Below, one piece after another: positions 47,201 to 56,200 of a stretch of DNA of 64,000 nucleotides. The translations under genes and the position numbers were made by a program. Below the pieces are notes generated by a model. That model had not been told where the DNA came from, did not search any database, and saw only the letters and a program-made list of their open reading frames with translations. Positions within the stretch are counted from its first letter, which is position 1, and every line of letters starts with the position of its first letter. Source of the DNA: an uncultured virus (IMG/VR IMGVR_UViG_3300021961_000069) (Duplodnaviria; Heunggongvirae; Uroviricota; Caudoviricetes); IMG/VR virus record IMGVR_UViG_3300021961_000069, one strand, 5' to 3'.

Positions 47201-50200
47201 ATACAACGCCTTCGTCAGTCAAGAAGTTTGGAGTATAATCTGCACCAGCACCTCTAGCTACTCTTTGTATTGTTGGAAGTCCAGAGTGATATGTTCCTGC
47301 GTCGCCACTTAGATTCTTAATTAAATTTCTTTGATATTCTTCGTTAATACCTGCGCCAGTTGGATCTGTAAATAATTCAACCATACGTGCTACTTTTTCT
47401 AACCACGCATCCGGAACTGCTGTTTGTCCGCCTACTGTACCAGCACCCATAATTCTTACACCGTTGGTTGTAACTTCACGCTTGAAGAAATCACTACCAT
47501 TGCCGGTAACATTGATAATTGCACCATTGTTGTATTCTGCATCTGCTGGTACGCCTGGTACTGCTGGTATTGCTGGAGAACCTGATCCAAAGTTTGGATC
47601 GTCAATTCTTATTGCTCTTTGACTTCCTGAACGTTTTAGATAGATATTAATTTCTTGGCCTATTGCAGGAATATATGGCAACGTAACCGAATTCGTACTT
47701 CCATCAACAACAACATAATAATCCGAAGTTGTTTCAACACTATCCCAACTATCAGTGAACCATGGAAGTGCGTCCCATCCGCCTGTTACATCAAACGTAG
47801 TTCCTTGCACCTGCACACCACCAAAGTCAATACCGGTCATTAATTGACTAAGATCATCTCCCCTCATACCTGAAGTTGGTGAATAATATTTGTTGATTCT
47901 GTTTACAGCATCTAATAATTCGTCATTTTTCTCATAGGCGATCGCTATCACATCTCCAGCTCGAGGAACTGTGGTGAAATTTAATTTTCCTTTTAATAAT
48001 TTATAAGTATCAACTTCTGATTTATATAAACTTATAGAAAATTCATCAGGTAACACTACCTGTCCGTTTTTAGTAATAGTAATTTTTGATTTATCTCTGG
48101 TAGGAGCATATTTTAAATCAAATACAGCGGTATTTCCTGTGGCAATAATAGTTTCGCTTTGTGTAAAACTGCTGTATATGCCTACCTTATTAACTCTGTC
48201 AAATTTAACACCCAATCCAAATGTTCTTGCTTTGGTGTTTCCGATTATCGCTATCGCTTTAGCTCTTGTAGAACTTGATGGATTTCCTCCTACTAATGAT
48301 ACTGTAGGTGCCTTAGTATATCCTGATCCCGAATTAGTAACAGTTATTCCAGAAACTGTTCCATTAGAAATATATGCTATTGCTTCTGCGCCAGTTCCGT
48401 CACCTTGAATTAATACACTAGGAGGTTGTGTGTAATCTGCTCCGGCATTCGACACGCTTATCGAAACTATAGAATACCCATTGTTATCTTTCCACCATTT
48501 CCAAGGATACGTGTCTATTGTTTCATTGTTCACTCTAATTGGAATTGCTTTGCCTTCTGAAGGAATATATGCTGGTGGCAGATCAAAATCTGCAATAGCA
48601 CTATTGGTGTTTTCTATATTTTTATATAAACTTACATATTCTCTTACTGTAGTACGGTAAGGTTTTATTTCATCGATATATTGTTGATAACTCTCTAAAT
48701 TATCATTTTTATAATTAGTTTTTTGTTCTAGATCGCCTACATTATGTATAGCATTCAAGAAGCTGGTTTTGAATGCCCAATCTACATATTGCTGTTCTGC
48801 AAAAACATATCTAACACTAGCAAAGAATAATTTATTCCATTCAACAGCATAGTCATTAATGAATATATCTTCTTTTATCGCTTTTAATATATTACGCAAT
48901 TCAAGCGAGTTCTCTAAGTCATATCTAACAGCATCAAAGCTCTGTTTGGTATCATAACCAATGCCAACAGTTTGCGTATCATACAATGATGAACTTAATG
49001 CTATAGTTCCGTTTTGTCTTCCAACTAATACGTATGCATCAGAGAAATTATCTGCCTGTGCTGTTTTTTCGAATACTGCCCAGCCACCTGTTCCGTATTC
49101 TTTTATTCTTAATAGGTCTCCTGTTTCTAAAGTAAGCGGTGCTTCTTCTGCAACTATACCAATCTCTTTTACTATTCTCGAAGTGACTCCGTATCCTGTT
49201 TTCCACCAATCTATTAAGTTCCAGTATCTTGTGGTTTCGTAGGCTTGTGATCTTGTTCTGAAGAATACTTTTCTTGTTTCATCCCAACTGTAAATACTCC
49301 AGAAATTCGAAGCTGTCGAATCTGTTTCGACTAATACAGAGAATGGTCTTATTTTTGCGATACAACTGCTGTATTTTCTTCCTCGATTAGTAACAGCTAC
49401 GCCGGTCACACGACCTTGTGTATCAATAGTAGCTACTGCTTTAGCACCGATTCCGTTTCCTTCAAACTCTACTGGCGGAATTACTCTGTATCCAAATCCA
49501 GGATTAGTAACATCAATGGTATCAATTTCTCCATCTACTATATTAACCCTTAGTGTTGCCTGTGTAACTCTGCTGGTTCCTACTTCTGCTAGATCTGCAT
49601 AGGTATCTACACTGGTATCATATAAATTTAATACTGCATTCGGCGCAGTATCTACGAGATTCAAATTAGCAAAATTTATAATATCAGCAAATGGTTCTAA
49701 AGTTAATGTCGAGTTAATACTTACTATTAAATTTTTCAATGCTTGTATTCTATTAACAAACATTGTTTGTCTCGGACGGAAATTTAGACCGTATTGTTGT
49801 TTTGCTGGTAATGCGGAATCTGGTACTCTGTTACCTGCTAAATCTCTACCAACTAAACTATCAATCCATTTATTTTCTAATTGTACTGTTGGTAAACTAT
49901 CAGCGTCTCCCTCAGTTAATAACTGATATTCTTTGTGTACAAGATTGGTAGCTTTACCGCTATTATTTTTATAATATTGTACATTAATAGTTGCGGTATC
50001 GACATCTAAAACATTATCAAAATTATATGTAAGGAACTTATCAGAATCAATTAAACTTATAAATGTAACTCCAGAGCCTCCTGGATTATTAATCAAAGAA
50101 GCAACTGCTGATGCTGATTGATTCCTTCCCAATACGTTAGGAACAACGACACTATTTTTAACCCAATAGTAATAAAGAGTTTCAGTCGCAACACCAGTTG

Positions 50201-53200
50201 TTGGATTGTATAATTCTTTCACAGAATAAACATTGTCATTAGGATATAACGGTTGTCCTGATATTCCTTCGGCCAATCCGTCATTGGTGTCTGCTAACAC
50301 AGCCCACTCACTAGGAAGTAATGGAGTTTCTACCCACTCATAGATATCAATACTAGCACCAGTTGCTAAGGTATTCCAATGTCCAATCCTATATGATAGA
50401 TCACCTTGTTCATGATAAACCCATTTTGCTGTAGATATGTTCCACCATATTTTTCCAACATTATTTTCAGTCCAAGCCATGTCAGGAATAACATTTTGTT
50501 CTTCAGTACCAACGTTATAAATTGCAGGATCATATATAGTTTTGAAACTGATCTCTTGTTCCGCTGAATTTAAAACTTTTAACTTAGCATGATCAACATA
50601 ATCTAGATCTTGTATTTTAATATTATTAATATTGTCATACAATACAATACTTTTAATCATTGATAAATCTACTGTAGGTTGTTGTGATGCTAATGTTTGC
50701 AATGAATTTACAGTAGAATCTTTCTTGAATAATCTAATATATCCTATCTGGCTATCATCTATTGGTGATTTATATTTCGGTGATCCGACAACGATAGTAG
50801 AATATGTACAAGATAAACTAAATCCAAAATTTTCATATGGAGTTAGATCTGTGTCTAATTTTTCTGCCAAGAAATAAGTATTGCCTTTTTTCTCATAGAC
50901 ATATACAGCGCCAGCATACCCTTTTTCTTCAACTATTCTTGTTCTGTTTTCATCGAATGATGTAGTACGGCTATCAAAATTAATAAGATTAACAAAAGTA
51001 GAATCTTTAGCGCCGATAACTATTTTTTCAGCCGCTGGTGTCATACAAATACTTTGTCCGAAATATTCGTTAGGGAATCTTTCGTAACTTTCTATTTTCT
51101 GTTTTAATCTATATTCTAAACTTGCAAATCCAGCAGTTCTAAAAATATATGCTGAACCTTGATTCTGTAAATTAATGTCTGCTTTAGGACTTGTTATTAT
51201 TAATGTTGTACCTGTATAATCAACATTAATCGAATGCCCAAACTGGTCTCCCGAACTAATTGCTGATGTTGTGTCTAAATCATTTATGTCGTCTAATGAT
51301 CCAGCGGTAATTGTTTGTTTAAATTCGTATAAATCATTCTCATTTCTTTGATAGATAAAAACTTTACCTGACGCCTGTGTGGTGCTATCTCCTACTTGTT
51401 GCCAATTAGACGAATCTGTAGGATCTTCGTTATAACTTCTTAATGTACTATCAGCACCAAATACCGAATCAACTAATTTATAATATTGATATTTAGAATC
51501 ATCACCAGCATCTGCTCCTGAGACTGTCATGTCTTGATATTTGACTACTTCGCCCTCAATGTATTCAATGTCTGGTCTCCAATGACCTCTGTAATTTGCG
51601 AAATATTGTCCGTCTGCTTTAGGTAATCCAATGGCTAATATACTTCCGTCCCTGTTCATAGCCATGCTGTGGCCAAAATCGTCACCTTGTTTTATTAATT
51701 CAGCGACTTGCGTACTTCCTATTAATCCTAGTGCTAATGTAGAACCATCATCATTTACAGAAATATTTGTAGGTAAAGAACATTGTGTAGATATTGGATC
51801 AACTAATAACCAATCATTTGATTCAATAGTTATTGTGCTTCCATCTCCTGGATTGTCATATTTTGCCTGCCATAAATCTCCAGCGTGCCAAACAATGCTT
51901 CCTGCAATATACGGACTTGAAGGATTATAGATGCCTGCATAATTTGCATTTTCTAAATGACTCCAAGATGTTCCATTATATTTGTAAAGATAAACTCTTC
52001 CTCTTCCGTCTACTGATCCAGGAGCAGAAACTGCCATGTAATAGTTTGTACCGCTTTGACTTATTGTTACCGAAGTTCCGAATAATTCTCCTTCATTTGG
52101 TCTAGGGCTTACAAATGAATTTACTTGAACCCACTGCTGTCCTACATATTCATATATGGTTATAAACCCTTGATTTGTATATCCGCTACCTCTTCCTGCA
52201 TTAGTAGCATCTATAATTGTAGCTGGTTCCCAATCTTGTGTATTGAGATCAATACTACTTCCGTCACCAGGTGCTACATCATTAATACATTTCCATAATT
52301 TTCCGGAATATAATACAATGTCATTAACCTGATACGATGCAGAAGGATTATAATTTCCTTTATAATAACTATCAATTCCACTAGCTTCTGGTGCTGATAT
52401 TATTAAGAATCTACCGTCTGGACTTAGTTTCATTTCTTTACCAAAAGAACCTACTACTTCACTTGTAAATCCTGACGGTGGCGAAATTATCTGTTTCAAA
52501 GAAAGCCCTGCAGTTGTTTCTATATAGGTCATTGCTAACCCTGAACCAGGAATACTAGAAATTACTAATTTGTGTAAATCATCATAAAGAACTTTATATC
52601 CTGTATTAAGAGGAGTTGTTGTTCCGTATTCTAAAAGTGATTTAGATGTGTATTGTTGTTTTTTCTCTATAACTTCCCATTTGTTACTACCGTCATTGTC
52701 GATCCAAAATTTCGAACCTGATTTAAGTAACGCTACTGCGCTTTGATCTAGATCTGTATAAGATTCAAATCTAGCATTTGTTAGTAGATAAAGAGAGGCC
52801 AGCGTACTATCCGCCACATCCGGATTCTGTATAGTCGCATCAACACTTACTGTTATGGTTGTTTTTCCAGTTGCTGTGATTTTATAAAATCCAGTTAGAT
52901 TGTCTACTTTTTTTATTCCGACGATTTCATTAACTTGTAAATCGTGTATTCTGTTTAATTCAACTTCAACTGTAGCATCTGTTTTAGTAACTCCTATAAT
53001 GTTTAATTCAGGTGCTTTATTAAATCTTAATACATCCCAACTATAGTTGTTGTCAAATGTAATCCATATGTGATCGTTCTCTAAAAACGTTTCTATGTCT
53101 AGATTTAGTATATCATCTCTATTTTTTACTTTGTGTTGAACGTTGTCTGTTCTAACATAACCTGCAACTCTAGTAGGATCAGCATCATAAGATGTTGGAT

Positions 53201-56200
53201 TAACATTAACAGTAAACGGTAATGGTTTAATAGAAAAATCTGTTTCTAATATTCTATAATATTGATCTGACACATTTGAAGGTAAATTGCTTACAAATAG
53301 AATCGGCTGAGGATTGATAGAAAACTGATCTTTTTCTATATTAAATTCTAGTTCTTTAAGCTGATCTATTCCTCCAAATTTACCTACTAAGAATGCCCAT
53401 TCTTCATTTAATTTTACACTAGATGCTCCGGCACGGCTTAACTTATTAAACACTTTAGTTACAGCATTGTTTGTGCCTTTTTCTCTAATAAAGCCCTGAT
53501 ATAATTGGAACTGTGTAATAGAATCTTCTGCGAGATTTTCTAAATATTCTCTAGACTGATATCCCACAGAATGTCTTGCTAATCTACGTTGATTAGCGCC
53601 TACTCCTTCTGAATTCACATCGTAGTAATCGTCAAACTGATTAATTCTATAATCAAAGTTAGGAACTAATTGTTTTTCAGGAGAAGAATCTAATTTAGTC
53701 CAATATGTATCGTTGAAGGTTTCTGTACCTAATTGATTAATTAAGCTGGTCCAATTATAAGAACGATATGAAACTATATCTCCAAGTTTATAATCAGTGA
53801 ATGGTTGCCATACTTGTATATTAACATTGTCAAACAAGAATCCAGGTGATGTATAATCACCGTCCCAATCTACAGTTCTAAATGCTTGTGTTTTAATACG
53901 TTCTTGTCTATATCCTGTAGTTTGATCATAGATAACATCATTGAATACTGTTCTATCATCAAATACTGTAACGTGTTCTTTAAGGACATAGAATAGTTTA
54001 ATATAATAGATACCGTTAGTGGTATTAGTCGGTTCTATCACAACATTCTGGAATTGTCTATTAACATTAATAAATTGTGGCTCTAATGGTTTTCCATCAT
54101 CTTTTAATACTTGATAATCGTAGAACCCGTCTAAGATATTATCTGATACCCCTACTGGTATTTCAACATCAATTTTTTCTGCGGCAGGGCTTAGTGTAAT
54201 TAATGATCCGATTTCCCAATTGTGTTTGGTCCAGAACATAAATTCTTTAGACGAGGTGACCCAATCCTGTGAAGCACCTAATTGCGGATCATATCTATCA
54301 AATACAAATCCTTGATCTTTCAGCCATTCTTGATATCCTAGTAGTAAATCAACTACTGCCTGTATTGTTGTTAATTTTGTACCGTATGCTACCTGAGAAA
54401 CTCTTGTTCTATTGAAGCTTTTCCTTCTTAAGGCTCTTACATCATTAACTGTTGGGACTTCAGGCAATTTTTTCCAATTTCTTTCTTCAAAATCGTCGCC
54501 GCCGGTATGTGTGGTTATCGATCTGTAAAATGCACTTCTATATCTAACAACTACTCCATTATTGTAAAGTTTATTAGCTTCCCAATCCGTAAATTCTTCG
54601 CTGACACCGCCCACTGAAATCGCAGGATCATTCGGCGATTCTAGAGGTTTATAATAATTGAATACAGGATTAATATCATCATATCCAGTAGCCGTCCAGC
54701 CACCTTCTGTTTTTTCTAATATTACTCCGCTGTAAGCTACACTAGCGATAGGCGAACTTACATTAAAAATTATGTTATAGTTTTCAGCAGGAACAAAAAT
54801 ACTGCTTGATGTTGATTTAGGATTTTTACTATCTAATAGATATTTTGTTTGTGCTTTATCAACAAATCCGCTAAGTCTAGCTGATAGATTAACATCGATA
54901 GATTTTATTTGAGAATCTAAGTCTGTTGTTTTCCTTCCTCTAGATTTAATATATCCTATTAGATATTTTGATAATCCGATTACATGTCCAACTCCTGAAT
55001 CCGGAATAATCAAATCATTTATTGTCTGGAAAACATTAGATGTTGAATTAACTGTCTGTTCTAATATGTTAAGTTTAGTTCTAGATCTATCAAAGCTATC
55101 TGTGATAAATTCAAAAGGTTTCAATAAACACATCGCTAATACTACAGCAAATGGATATTCTGAACTAGATCTCCAAGCATATTCAACTGGGCCAACATCG
55201 CCTAATTTAAACGGTCCTGTATTATTAATTAAAGTAAAATCATTTGCTAATCCTGAATCTAACGGACTTAATAATCTTCCGTCACCATCTACTGGAATAT
55301 GCGTTAGTAGTGTCGAACGTTTATACCTATTGTAAATACCAGCTCGGTTTCCGTGTTTAATTTCACCATTCGCTAAGTCTTCCCATAACACTAAGTTACC
55401 ACTAGTATAAGGAGCTGGTCCGTATTCCTCTTCCCACCATGTTGGTTTTTCTGAGAATCCTAACATTTCCCACGGACAACGATGTGGTCTATCAGTGTCG
55501 TAGAACCAACGATATACTCCTCTCCAATACCCGGGTAAGTTTTTAGTTCTAGTTGGATCTGTCATGTTAGAATAAGTATAGGTAAAAGAATTTTCAGTAT
55601 CTAAATATTCGTTCTCAGTATAATTCACTGTTGAATTCTGAACCCATTTTAAGAATTCGGTTGCAACCACATCATCTAACGCTGGCTTTTCATACAATCC
55701 ATATCCGTAATAGCCACCTACTATATTATCAATATCAAATAGTTCATAGTCATATTCTTCTTTAATATTGTTATAGATTCTAAATTCTAATTCGAGTAAT
55801 AGTTCATCTCTATAATCACCGTATGATTTGATTATGCTACCGTCGTGTCCTTGTATTACTTCTCTAGGTACTGTATACGTGTCGTCTATAAATTTTATAG
55901 GAGTATATTTTTTATACATTCCCATTGAGGTAGGAGTGGGTGGGACGTGACCACTAGCTGTAGATAGATACTCTCTTATTTCTATCTTATCACCTTCGCT
56001 CAAATTAACTGTTAATCTTACAAAACCAAAGGTACTATCAAATGTATAGTCACGAGAGTTAAGCAACTGTACATTGTTTAAATAAACATATACTGCTTTT
56101 CTGCTAGGAGTAATTAAATCAAATTTTTCTGATAATGCAAACGTTTTAATTCCGGTATCTTCTACCTCATATGATATCTTAGTGTAAGCACCTGTACCTA

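Noticed and set aside
46572..47573. Insert in the giant gene as an intein or IS element
   Set aside because: No Cys/Ser start with His-Asn end, no transposase motifs and no terminal inverted repeats; it looks like a linker-flanked domain
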